From: Blattabacterium cuenoti
GTDB lineage: Bacteria; Bacteroidota; Bacteroidia; Flavobacteriales; Blattabacteriaceae
Direction of reading: 5' to 3'
Length of the DNA stretch: 32,000 nt
Assembly: GCA_014251975.1 (NCBI GenBank)
Contig: CP059204.1
Coordinates: 120,001 to 152,000, forward strand
Program-made: the position numbers and the translations under genes
The notes under the pieces: generated by a model
Database searches by the model: none
What the model was told of the DNA's origin: nothing
The model's input: only the letters and a program-made list of their open reading frames with translations
In this document: piece after piece, positions 19,034-27,856 of the stretch
Layout of the letters: each line of letters opens with the position of its first letter
How positions within the stretch are numbered: position 1 is the first letter of the stretch

Positions 19034-19882
19034 TTATTTTATATGTTTTTCTGCATGATAAGAAGATCGTACTAATGGGCCACTCTCTACATATTTAAAT
19101 CCCATATTTATTCCTAATTTTTTAAAAAATTCGAATTTTTCTGGTTCAATAAATGAATGAACTGGATAATGACGTAAAGAAGGTCTTAAATATTGTCCTA
19201 TTGTTAGAATGTCTACATTAGATTTTTTTATATCTTTTATAGTTTCTATTATTTCTTGTTTTTTTTCGCCTAAACCTAACATTATACCAGTTTTTGTACG
19301 TATATTTGGATTTTTATTTTTTATGTATTTTAAAACTTTTAAACTTCTATCATATTTAGCTTGTACTCTAATTTTTTTAGTTAATCTTGAAATAGTTTCT
19401 ATGTTATGAGAAATAATTTCTGGTTTGACATTAATAATTTTATCTATTAGTCCTTTTTGTCCTTGAAAATCTGGAATTAAAGTTTCTATAGTTACATAAG
19501 GTATATAAAATCTAATAGTATTTATAGTATCTATCCATATTGACATACCTAAATCTTTCAAGTCATCTCTATTTACAGATGTTAAAACAGCATGTTTAAT
19601 TTTTAATATTTTTATGGATTTAGCTACTTTTTTTGGTTCTTCTAAATCTAATTTGTTAGGTTTACCAGTTTTTATACCGCAAAATTTACAAGATCTTGTA
19701 CATATATCACCTAAAATCATAAAAGTAGCTACACCTTTCCCCCAACATTCTCCTATATTAGGACATCCTGCACTTTGACAAACAGTATGTAATTTGTAAC
19801 TATCAACTAAATTTTTTATTATTTTATATTTTTTACCTTTTGGTAATTTAACTTTTAACCATTTTGGTTTTTTATTGATCAT
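19034..19882 (-). CDS. lipA: Lipoyl synthase
   Basis: 282-aa ORF with the auxiliary cluster CPNIGECW, the radical-SAM CTRSCKFC, and SVNRDDL. Confidence 0.95.
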   Translation of the reverse strand: MINKKPKWLKVKLPKGKKYKIIKNLVDSYKLHTVCQSAGCPNIGECWGKGVATFMILGDICTRSCKFCGIKTGKPNKLDLEEPKKVAKSIKILKIKHAVLTSVNRDDLKDLGMSIWIDTINTIRFYIPYVTIETLIPDFQGQKGLIDKIINVKPEIISHNIETISRLTKKIRVQAKYDRSLKVLKYIKNKNPNIRTKTGIMLGLGEKKQEIIETIKDIKKSNVDILTIGQYLRPSLRHYPVHSFIEPEKFEFFKKLGINMGFKYVESGPLVRSSYHAEKHIK

Positions 19883-19948
19883 ATTTTTTGTGTAAAAATC
19901 GATTTTATTTTAATAAAATTATTAACATTTTTTTTTATTTTTTAAAAC

Positions 19949-21046
19949 ATGATAATAAAAGATATAATTTCTAAGCTAGAAAATTTAGCTCCTGTAGAAT
20001 ACTCTGAGAAGTATGATAACATTGGATTGATAATAGGATCTTCATTTAAAAAAGTAAATAATATATTAATTACTTTGGATGTAACAGAAAAAGTTGTTTA
20101 CGAATCTATAAATAAAAAATGTAATCTGATTATTTCTTTTCATCCTATTATATTTAAACCTATAAATAGTATAACTTATAAAAGTACAAAAGAAAAAATT
20201 ATAATTTTATCTATAAAAAATAACATATCTATTTATGTTATTCATACTAATTTAGATATGGTATGGAATGGTTCTACATCATACATTTCAAATTTATTAA
20301 AAATAAAAAGAGAAAAAGTACTTATTCCAAAAAAGGGAACAATGAAAAAATTATCTACATATGTACCAGTTAATTATGCTAATAAAGTTAGAAATTCTTT
20401 GTTTAAAGCAGGAGCTGGAAATATTTCTAATTATAGTAATTGTAGTTATAATTTTGATGGATTTGGAAGTTACATAGGTAATAAAAATTCTAATCCATTT
20501 TTAGGTAAAAAAGAAGTTATTAATTTTGAAAAAGAAACTTGTATAAATGTAATATTTCCATATTATAAGTTAAAAAAAATAAAAAAAGCTCTTTTTAAAA
20601 GTCATCCTTATGAAGAAGTTGCATATGAAATTTATAGTATAAGTAATACTAATCCTTATATAGGATTAGGTTTTGTAGGACATCTTAAAAAAGAAATTAG
20701 TGAATATGAGTTTTTACTTTTTTTGAAAAAAAAAATGAATTTGTTTTACATTCAGCATACTAATTTTTTAAATAGAAATGTTAAAAAAATATCTATTATA
20801 ACTGGATCTGGACAAATTGGTATTGATTATGCAATAAAAGAAAAATCTGATGTATTCATAACTTCAGATTTAAAATATCATGATTTTTTTAAATCTGAAA
20901 ATAAAATTTTAATTGTAAATATAGATCATTATAAATCTGAAAAACTTAATAAAAAATTATTAAAAACTTTTATAAATAATAGTTTTCCTACTATTTTTGT
21001 TTATGAATCTAAAATTAATACTAATCCGATTAAATATTTTTATTAA
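19949..21046 (+). CDS. Nif3-family dinuclear-metal-centre protein (long form with inserted domain)
   Basis: 365-aa ORF with DNIGLIIG, ISFHPIIFKP, IHTNLD and a C-terminal IITGSG...TSDLKYHD. The length suggests the roughly 370-aa YqfO-like form. Confidence 0.85.
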   Translation: MIIKDIISKLENLAPVEYSEKYDNIGLIIGSSFKKVNNILITLDVTEKVVYESINKKCNLIISFHPIIFKPINSITYKSTKEKIIILSIKNNISIYVIHTNLDMVWNGSTSYISNLLKIKREKVLIPKKGTMKKLSTYVPVNYANKVRNSLFKAGAGNISNYSNCSYNFDGFGSYIGNKNSNPFLGKKEVINFEKETCINVIFPYYKLKKIKKALFKSHPYEEVAYEIYSISNTNPYIGLGFVGHLKKEISEYEFLLFLKKKMNLFYIQHTNFLNRNVKKISIITGSGQIGIDYAIKEKSDVFITSDLKYHDFFKSENKILIVNIDHYKSEKLNKKLLKTFINNSFPTIFVYESKINTNPIKYFY

Positions 21047-21047
21047 T

Positions 21048-21845
21048 ATGACAAATAACGTTAAAAAAATTAATAATTCTTCATCTTCAGTAACAAAAAT
21101 ATTAAGAACTTTGTATAATATACAATTGATAGATTCTAGAATAGATTATATCAAAGAATTTCGTGATAATTTTCCTAAAGAGATTAAAGATGTAGAAAAA
21201 GAATTATTTAATATAAAATATAATTTAAAAAATATTCATATGTTAATTGATACTTTAAAAAAAAAATCTAATCAACAAAATGATAATATTCAAACATATG
21301 AATTATTAATAAAAAAATATAATAAACAAAAAAATAAAATAAAAAATTCAAAAGATTTATATTCAATTAATAAAGAAATAGATTATCAATATTTAGAAAT
21401 ACAACTTTCAAAGAAAAAAATTAAAGAATTAAACATTAAAATACAAATTCAAAAAGATAATTTAAATAAAAAAGAAAAACTTTTTAAAAATAAAAAGAAA
21501 CATTTTTTTCATAAAAAAAAAGAATTGAATAATATTATATCAAATCATAAAAAAGAAGAAAAAATTCTTTTGGAAAAAATTTTACTTTTTTATAAAAAAC
21601 TAGACAATAAATTATTGAAAACTTATAAAAAAATAAGAAATAAAGTTAATAATGGTATAGCTGTATCTCAAGTTATTAAAGGAATACCAATTGGATCTTA
21701 TTTAGCTATTACTCCACAAAAATATTCTGATCTTATTCAAAGAAAGAATATTCTTATAGATGAACATAGTGGTAGGATATTAATAGATTCTGAATTAGCT
21801 GAAGAAGAGAAAAAAAAATATATTTTTTGTAAAAATAATGAATGA
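21048..21845 (+). CDS. COG1579 / zf-RING_7-family coiled-coil protein with a degenerate (Cys-less) zinc ribbon
   Basis: 265 aa from ATG 21048, one nt after the nif3 stop. It has a long K/E/N-rich coiled-coil and a C-terminus ..NGIAVSQVIKGIPIGSYLAITPQKY..ILIDEHSGRILID that resembles the family ribbon region. It sits immediately downstream of nif3, a pairing seen in many bacteria. The upstream extension to 20997 in the ORF track overlaps nif3 and is probably not translated. Confidence 0.6.
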   Translation: MTNNVKKINNSSSSVTKILRTLYNIQLIDSRIDYIKEFRDNFPKEIKDVEKELFNIKYNLKNIHMLIDTLKKKSNQQNDNIQTYELLIKKYNKQKNKIKNSKDLYSINKEIDYQYLEIQLSKKKIKELNIKIQIQKDNLNKKEKLFKNKKKHFFHKKKELNNIISNHKKEEKILLEKILLFYKKLDNKLLKTYKKIRNKVNNGIAVSQVIKGIPIGSYLAITPQKYSDLIQRKNILIDEHSGRILIDSELAEEEKKKYIFCKNNE

Positions 21846-21848
21846 TGT

Positions 21849-22367
21849 ATGAAAAATTTTAATTTATTAGAAGTATCATCAGGTAATATTATGTCTTTTA
21901 TGGATTTTTTTTCATATAAAGCTAATGTAATTATATTTATATGTAATCATTGTCCATATGTTAAACATATTAATAAAAAATTAATTTATTTATCTAATAA
22001 ATATATTTTAAAAAAAATATCTTTTTTAGCAATTAATTCTAATGATATAATAAAATATCCAGATGATTCTCCAGAAAATATGAAAATAATTTGTAAAAAA
22101 TTAAATTATCCATTTCCTTATTTTTTTGACGAAGAACAAAAAGTTGCTAATTATTATAATGCAAAATGTACTCCTGAATTTTTTATATTTTCAGGGGATA
22201 GTACATTATTATACAATGGTCCATTTGATAATTCTAGACCAAATAATAAAATTCCAGTAACTGGAAAGTATATAACAAATATATTAGAAAATATATTAAA
22301 AGGAAATAAATATGATAATCCTATTGTAATACCTAGTATAGGATGTAGTATTAAGTGGAAAACATAA
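21849..22367 (+). CDS. Thioredoxin-fold (AhpC/TSA-like) family protein
   Basis: 172-aa ORF with FICNHCPYVKH (CxxC), AINSND..YPDDSPENM, CTPEFFIF and C-terminal PSIGCSIKWK. This matches the conserved roughly 180-aa thioredoxin-family protein found in Bacteroidetes and cyanobacteria. Confidence 0.75.
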   Translation: MKNFNLLEVSSGNIMSFMDFFSYKANVIIFICNHCPYVKHINKKLIYLSNKYILKKISFLAINSNDIIKYPDDSPENMKIICKKLNYPFPYFFDEEQKVANYYNAKCTPEFFIFSGDSTLLYNGPFDNSRPNNKIPVTGKYITNILENILKGNKYDNPIVIPSIGCSIKWKT

Positions 22368-23388
22368 TATTTTTATAATATTTTTTTATAACACATAAAA
22401 AATAATTTATAGTTTCACATAAACTTTTACCTATTACTATAGCACCCGCAGCATTTTTATGTCCACCACCTTTAAAAAATTTCCTAGAAAATAAATTAAC
22501 ATCAAAATTTTCTTTTGATCTAAAAGAAATTTTTATAGGACATTTTTTATTTTTTTCAAAAAAAAATACAGAAAGTATAATATTTTCTATATTCAATCCA
22601 TAATTTACAATACCTTCTGTATCACCTTTTATATAAGATTTTTTTTTTATATCTAATGAATTAATACTTGTATATGCTATTCTGTACTCTTTCATAATTT
22701 TTAATCTTCTTAAAGCTATGGATAATAATCTTAACCTACTTTCAGTATACTTTTCTTGTAATTTATTATGTATTTTATCAATATCAATCCCTATTTTAAG
22801 TAATTTTCCAGCAGTAAAATAAGTTTCGTAACTAATTTTTGAAGAAAATTTAAAAAAACCTGTATCAGTTATTAATCCAACATATAAACATGTTGCTATA
22901 TTTTTATCAAAACAACAAGAAATAGAATATTTATTTTTAATATTATTATATATAAATCTAAATACTAATATACTTGTTGCTGCTACTTTTATATCAGATA
23001 GAATAAAATCAAAATTAAAATTATTATATGAAAATGGATGATGATCTATTAAAACTTTTTTTGATTTTTTTGAAAACGATAAAAAATTTTTTAAATCTCC
23101 TAGTCTAATTATATTATTGAAATCTATAAAAAAAATATAATCAGATTTATAAATTTTTTCTTTTATTAAATATTTATTATTATTTGAAAATATTGTTATA
23201 TTTTTAGAGTATGGTAACCAATTGAAATATTCATAATATTCTGTAGGTGAAATTAAAAAAACATCATTTTGTAATTTTTTAAAATAAATAAAAAGAGCTA
23301 AAGAAGATCCTAAAGCATCTCCATCTGGATTAGAATGTATTAATAAAGTAATTTTTTTTTTTTTATAATTATTATTAAATAATAACAT
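22351..23388 (-). CDS. nrnA: DHH/DHHA1 phosphoesterase (NrnA-like oligoribonuclease / pAp phosphatase)
   Basis: 345-aa ORF with HSNPDGDALGS, IDHHP (DHH motif) and GGGHKNAAG (DHHA1). Confidence 0.8.
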   Translation of the reverse strand: MLLFNNNYKKKKITLLIHSNPDGDALGSSLALFIYFKKLQNDVFLISPTEYYEYFNWLPYSKNITIFSNNNKYLIKEKIYKSDYIFFIDFNNIIRLGDLKNFLSFSKKSKKVLIDHHPFSYNNFNFDFILSDIKVAATSILVFRFIYNNIKNKYSISCCFDKNIATCLYVGLITDTGFFKFSSKISYETYFTAGKLLKIGIDIDKIHNKLQEKYTESRLRLLSIALRRLKIMKEYRIAYTSINSLDIKKKSYIKGDTEGIVNYGLNIENIILSVFFFEKNKKCPIKISFRSKENFDVNLFSRKFFKGGGHKNAAGAIVIGKSLCETINYFLCVIKKYYKNIMFST

Positions 23389-23400
23389 ATTTATAATATA

Positions 23401-24852
23401 TTATTTTTTTCTTAATCCTAAATCTTTACCTTTTTTTATCATTAAAGAATATGCAGAATAAAAATTATTTTTAATTTTACCATCTAAAATTGAATCTTTT
23501 ATATAATCTTTTATAACTTTAATTTTATTACATGGAGTTATATAAAAAGTATTCATAATATCATATCCTGATATTGGAGATTTCCAATTTATAATTCTAT
23601 CTTTTTTTTCTAATTCTTTAATTCTTTTCATAAGATATAAAATATTTTTTTTATATTCTTTTTTTTTTTCTGTATTATTAGTTGTAATATCTGCTAAACA
23701 TAATTTAATTAAATCTTCTAAATCATTTCCTAAATCAAATAACAATCTTCTTATAGCTGAATCACTAATTCTATTTCCTGTTAATGCAGCTGGTCTATAA
23801 CTGTATTTAATAATTTTAATTACATATTTAATAATATTACCTTTTGGTAGTCTAAATCTATTAAATATTTTAGGAATCATTTTACTACCTATATATTCAT
23901 GATCGTGGAAATACCAACCAATTTTATAGGAGAATTTTTTAGAATTGGGTTTACCTATATCATGTAATAATGCTACCCATCTTAACCAAAGAGAGGATTT
24001 ATAAAATTTTTTACTAATGTTATCAACTACTTTTAAAGTATGATAAAAATTATTTTTATGTTGGAATCCATCTTTTATTTCTATCCCTTCTAATATTGTT
24101 ACTTCAGGTAAAATTATTTTCAATAATCCTGATTTATATAATAATATCAAACCTATAGAAGGATTATCAGATAATAAAATTTTGTTAAATTCTTCTGTTA
24201 TTCTTTCTTTTGAAACAATTTTAATTCTATTTTTATTTTTTTTAATTGATCTAAAAGAATTATCTTCAATAAAAAACTTAAGTTGAGTAGCGAATCTAAT
24301 TGCTCTCATCATTCTAAGTGGGTCGTCTGAAAAAGTAATATCTGAATTTAGAGGAGTCCTTATAATTTTTTTCCTCAAATCTGATAATCCATCAAATGGA
24401 TCTATTAATTTACCATAATCATAATCATTTAAACTAATGGCTAATGTATTAATTGTAAAATCTCTTCTATTTTGATCGTCTTTCAAAGTACCTATTTCTA
24501 CAATAGGTTTACTACTGTTATATTTATATGATTCTTTTCTAGATCCAACAAATTCTATTTTTTTATTTTCATATTCTAACATAGCTGTACCATAACGTTT
24601 AAATATTCTAATTGTAGGGTAATAATATTTTCCATTACTTTTCTTATTGAACGCTATTTTAGAAACTTCTTTAGCTAATTTAATTCCTTTTCCAACAGTT
24701 AAAATATCTAAATCATTTGATTTTACGATATTATTCTTTAAAAATAAATCACGTACATATCCTCCAACTATATAACTATTTTGTTTTATTTTCTTAGATG
24801 AATATTTTATAATTCTAAAAATTTTTTTTTGTATAAAATGTGAAATATTCAT
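23401..24852 (-). CDS. cca: tRNA nucleotidyltransferase (CCA-adding) / poly(A) polymerase family with HD domain
   Basis: 483-aa ORF with GGYVRDLFL, DLDILT, RRDFTINTLA, DPLRMMRAIRFA and the HD motif LLHDIGKP. Confidence 0.85.
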   Translation of the reverse strand: MNISHFIQKKIFRIIKYSSKKIKQNSYIVGGYVRDLFLKNNIVKSNDLDILTVGKGIKLAKEVSKIAFNKKSNGKYYYPTIRIFKRYGTAMLEYENKKIEFVGSRKESYKYNSSKPIVEIGTLKDDQNRRDFTINTLAISLNDYDYGKLIDPFDGLSDLRKKIIRTPLNSDITFSDDPLRMMRAIRFATQLKFFIEDNSFRSIKKNKNRIKIVSKERITEEFNKILLSDNPSIGLILLYKSGLLKIILPEVTILEGIEIKDGFQHKNNFYHTLKVVDNISKKFYKSSLWLRWVALLHDIGKPNSKKFSYKIGWYFHDHEYIGSKMIPKIFNRFRLPKGNIIKYVIKIIKYSYRPAALTGNRISDSAIRRLLFDLGNDLEDLIKLCLADITTNNTEKKKEYKKNILYLMKRIKELEKKDRIINWKSPISGYDIMNTFYITPCNKIKVIKDYIKDSILDGKIKNNFYSAYSLMIKKGKDLGLRKK

Positions 24853-24867
24853 TTTTAATAAAAATTA

Positions 24868-25452
24868 TTACATTCTAAGTATTTTAATTTTTTTTGAAAA
24901 AATTTTTATAATTTTTGAATGATTATAAATTGATTGTTTATATCTTTTATAATTAACAGCATAATCTATATTTTTTATAATATAAGAATTTATTTCTTTA
25001 AAAGATTTTGGAGAAGAAAATCCTGATAAATTAGCAGATGTTGAAATGATAGGTTTATCTAGTTTTTTAATTAAACGTATACAAAATGGATCATAAGTCA
25101 CTCGCACTGCTAATGTATTATCATTTTTTTTTATTAAATTTCTAAAAATTTTATTATTTTTAACTCTGTAAACTACAGTAATAGGTTGTGTTTTTTGTTT
25201 TAAATTATATAAAATAACCTTTTTAATAAAAGGAGAAATATCTCCAACTAATTCATACAAACGATATATATTATCTACTAATAAAATCATAGTTTTAGAT
25301 AAATCTCTATATTTTATTTTATAAATGTTATTTATAGCTTGTTTATTAAATGCATCACATCCTAATGCCCATACTGTATCTGTTGGATATAATAAACTTT
25401 TCCCATTTTTTAAAATGTATACACTTCTTTCAATTTCTTTGTAAAATCCCAT
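24868..25452 (-). CDS. tsaC: L-threonylcarbamoyladenylate synthase (YrdC/TsaC type)
   Basis: 194-aa ORF with YPTDTVWALGCDA, IKYRDLSKTMILLV and ISTSANLSG (the K-x-R and S-x-N motifs). Confidence 0.85.
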   Translation of the reverse strand: MGFYKEIERSVYILKNGKSLLYPTDTVWALGCDAFNKQAINNIYKIKYRDLSKTMILLVDNIYRLYELVGDISPFIKKVILYNLKQKTQPITVVYRVKNNKIFRNLIKKNDNTLAVRVTYDPFCIRLIKKLDKPIISTSANLSGFSSPKSFKEINSYIIKNIDYAVNYKRYKQSIYNHSKIIKIFSKKIKILRM

Positions 25453-25459
25453 AATAAAT

Positions 25460-26293
25460 TCATATAACTATATTATGTTTTCTTAATGCATCGTTTAAAG
25501 ATGTTTTTTTATTTGTACTTTCTTTTCTTTTTCCTATAATTAAGGCACATGGAACATAAAATTTTCCAGCAGGAAAATTTTTAGGATAAGATCCAGGTAT
25601 TACAACAGAATTTTTAGGTATAATCCCTTTAATTTCAATAGGCATATTATTTTCATTATTATAGTTAGTAACATCAAAAATTTTAGTTGAAGAAGTTATA
25701 ACTACATTAGATCCTAATACTGATCCCTTTTTTATTAAAACTCCTTCAACTAAAATACATCTAGATCCAATAAAAACATTATCTTCAATTATAACTGGAT
25801 GAGATTGTAATGGTTCTAAAACACCTCCAATACCTACCCCACCACTAATATGTACACTTTTACCTATTTGAGCACAACTACCTATAGTAGCCCATGTATC
25901 TATCATTGTCCCTTCTCCAATATATGCACCTATATTAACATAAGATGGCATTAAAACTACACCTGGAGATATATAAGAACCATATCTAGCTATTGCATGA
26001 GGTACTACACGAATACCTTTTTCTTTAAATTTATTTTTTATAGGTATTCTATCATAAAATTCCAATGGGCCTATTTCAATTTTATTCATTTCTTTAACAG
26101 AAAAAAACATAATAATAGCCTTTTTAATCCATTTGTTTACTGTCCATTTTCCATTAATACAATCACATACTCTAATAATACCTTTTTCAACATAATTAAT
26201 AACTTTAACTACTAATTTTTTAATATTTTTATCAGTTAACCAGGCATTTTTTTTATTCCAAGCATTTTCTATTTCTAATTTTAGATTATTCAC
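25460..26293 (-). CDS. dapD: Tetrahydrodipicolinate N-succinyltransferase
   Basis: 277-aa ORF with a GTG start. The hexapeptide-repeat core VLMPSYVNIGAYIGEGTMIDTWATIGSCAQIGKSVHISGGVGIGGVLEPLQ is nearly identical to E. coli DapD. Confidence 0.92.
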   Translation of the reverse strand: MNNLKLEIENAWNKKNAWLTDKNIKKLVVKVINYVEKGIIRVCDCINGKWTVNKWIKKAIIMFFSVKEMNKIEIGPLEFYDRIPIKNKFKEKGIRVVPHAIARYGSYISPGVVLMPSYVNIGAYIGEGTMIDTWATIGSCAQIGKSVHISGGVGIGGVLEPLQSHPVIIEDNVFIGSRCILVEGVLIKKGSVLGSNVVITSSTKIFDVTNYNNENNMPIEIKGIIPKNSVVIPGSYPKNFPAGKFYVPCALIIGKRKESTNKKTSLNDALRKHNIVI

Positions 26294-26365
26294 TTTTATA
26301 AAAAAATTTATTTAAAAAAACAAAAGTAGTAAAATAAAATAATATAACAAGTATATATTTGTTAT

Positions 26366-26788
26366 ATGGGGAAAATACTAGGAATAGATTATGGTAAAAT
26401 TATGACTGGTATATCTATAACAGATAAAAATAAAATTTTTGCATTTGGTTTAAATGTTGTTCCTACTAAAAAACTTATGTTATATATATCATCAATAATT
26501 TTTAATGAAAAAATAGAATTAATAGTTATTGGTTTACCTAAAAAATTAAATAATAAAATAGAATGGATTATAGAAAAGCATATACAAAAATTTATACGTA
26601 ATTTTTATAAAAAATATCCTAAAATTTTAATAAAAAGAATAGATGAACGATTTACATCAAAAATATCTTTTAATACTATTATTATGTTAGATAAAAGAAA
26701 AAGAAAAAATAAAAAAATATTAAATAAAATAAGTGCCACAATAATTTTACAATCTTATTTAAAAACTATAGAAAACTATAATTTTTAA
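26366..26788 (+). CDS. ruvX: YqgF/RuvX putative pre-16S rRNA nuclease / Holliday junction resolvase-like protein
   Basis: 140-aa ORF with the N-terminal ILGIDYGKIMTGISITD, VIGLPKKLNN and DERFTS. Confidence 0.85.
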   Translation: MGKILGIDYGKIMTGISITDKNKIFAFGLNVVPTKKLMLYISSIIFNEKIELIVIGLPKKLNNKIEWIIEKHIQKFIRNFYKKYPKILIKRIDERFTSKISFNTIIMLDKRKRKNKKILNKISATIILQSYLKTIENYNF

Positions 26789-26804
26789 TAAAAAAATAAA
26801 AAAA

Positions 26805-27338
26805 ATGGTACTTCCTATATTATTTTACGGTAATCCAATTTTAAGAAAAAAATGTTCTAAAATAAATCGTTTTTCTTATTATTATAAAAAAAAGATTAAT
26901 AATTTAATAAAAAATATGTTTGATACTTTACATAAAGTAAAAGGTATTGGTTTAGCTGCCCCACAGATAGGAAAAAATATTAATCTTTTTATTGTTGATA
27001 CTCCATATTTTAATGGTTATAATATAGAAATATACAAAGAGGTATTTATAAATTCAAAAATAATAAAAACATATGGAAAAAAATATAAATATAACGAAGG
27101 ATGCTTAAGCATTCCAGGAGTTATTTGCAGTATAAAAAGAAAATCTGATGTTTATATAGAATATTATAATAAATATTGGGAAAAAAAAAGTAAAACTTTA
27201 ACAGGAATACGTGCAAGAGTTATATTACATGAATATGACCATATAAAAGGGAAATTATTTATAGATTATTTATCCAGTAAAAAGATAAAATTAATAAAAA
27301 AAAAATTAATATTTATTATGAACAAACAAAATCTATAA
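26805..27338 (+). CDS. def: Peptide deformylase
   Basis: 177-aa ORF with all three PDF motifs: GIGLAAPQIG, EGCLSIPG and HEYDHIKG. Confidence 0.93.
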   Translation: MVLPILFYGNPILRKKCSKINRFSYYYKKKINNLIKNMFDTLHKVKGIGLAAPQIGKNINLFIVDTPYFNGYNIEIYKEVFINSKIIKTYGKKYKYNEGCLSIPGVICSIKRKSDVYIEYYNKYWEKKSKTLTGIRARVILHEYDHIKGKLFIDYLSSKKIKLIKKKLIFIMNKQNL

Positions 27339-27663
27339 TTTTTTTAAAATTATTAGGGTCATTAACAGCAAGTTCTGATAAAACTTTTCTATTTAATTTA
27401 ATTTTTTTTATTGATAATTTTTTAATAAAATTAGAGTAACATATACCGTATTGTCTAACACCAGCATTAATTCTTTGAATCCATAGAGATCTGAAATCTC
27501 TTTTTTTAATTTTTCTACCTGAAAAAGAATATAAAAAAGATTTTTCTACAGCATTTTTAGCTACAGTATATATTTTGCTTCTAGATCCATAATACCCTTT
27601 TGATAATTTAAGTATTTTTTTTCTTCTTCTTTTTGAAGCTACTGAATTTTTAGACTTTGGCAT
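27316..27663 (-). CDS. rplT: 50S ribosomal protein L20
   Basis: 115-aa ORF with MPKSKNSVASKRRRKKILK..AKGYYG.., FRSLWIQRINAG and NRKVLSELAV. Confidence 0.95.
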   Translation of the reverse strand: MPKSKNSVASKRRRKKILKLSKGYYGSRSKIYTVAKNAVEKSFLYSFSGRKIKKRDFRSLWIQRINAGVRQYGICYSNFIKKLSIKKIKLNRKVLSELAVNDPNNFKKIIDFVCS

Positions 27664-27665
27664 AA

Positions 27666-27854
27666 TTATATTTGTTTTTTTATATTATTTTTATCGGATT
27701 TTTTTAATAATGTAAATTTATTTAAAGTTCTTTTTCTTTTTTTAGATTTTTTAGTTAAAAGATGTCTTTTATATGCATGTTTTCTTTTAATGAGACCATT
27801 AGATGTTAGTTTAAATCTTTTTTTTGATCCTGATTTAGTTTTTAATTTAGGCAT
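27666..27854 (-). CDS. rpmI: 50S ribosomal protein L35
   Basis: 62-aa basic [39 protein letters not shown].., located between infC and rplT as in the canonical operon. Confidence 0.93.
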   Translation of the reverse strand: MPKLKTKSGSKKRFKLTSNGLIKRKHAYKRHLLTKKSKKRKRTLNKFTLLKKSDKNNIKKQI

Positions 27855-27856
27855 AA

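Noticed and set aside
20997-21047. A 17-codon N-terminal extension (MFMNLKLILIRLNIFIN) of the COG1579 gene that overlaps the nif3 3' end.
   Set aside because: The extension is translated from nif3 coding sequence in another frame and looks non-protein-like. ATG 21048, directly after the nif3 stop, gives a normal N-terminus.
3438-26215. Six shorter antisense ORFs from the track: 3438-3728, 6823-7017, 14755-15036, 16557-16778, 19209-19409 and 25997-26215.
   Set aside because: Each lies wholly inside, or almost wholly inside, a strongly supported CDS on the opposite strand. They have shadow-ORF composition (F/I/L/S-rich) and no motifs.
26354-26361. TATATTTG matches the Bacteroidetes -7 promoter consensus TAnnTTTG. 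It lies 5 nt upstream of the ruvX ATG in the dapD/ruvX divergent spacer and would imply a near-leaderless mRNA.
   Set aside because: There is no TTTG -33 element at the expected distance. Such AT-rich octamers are expected by chance at appreciable frequency in this composition, and the other divergent spacers (16374-16467, 19883-19948) show no match.
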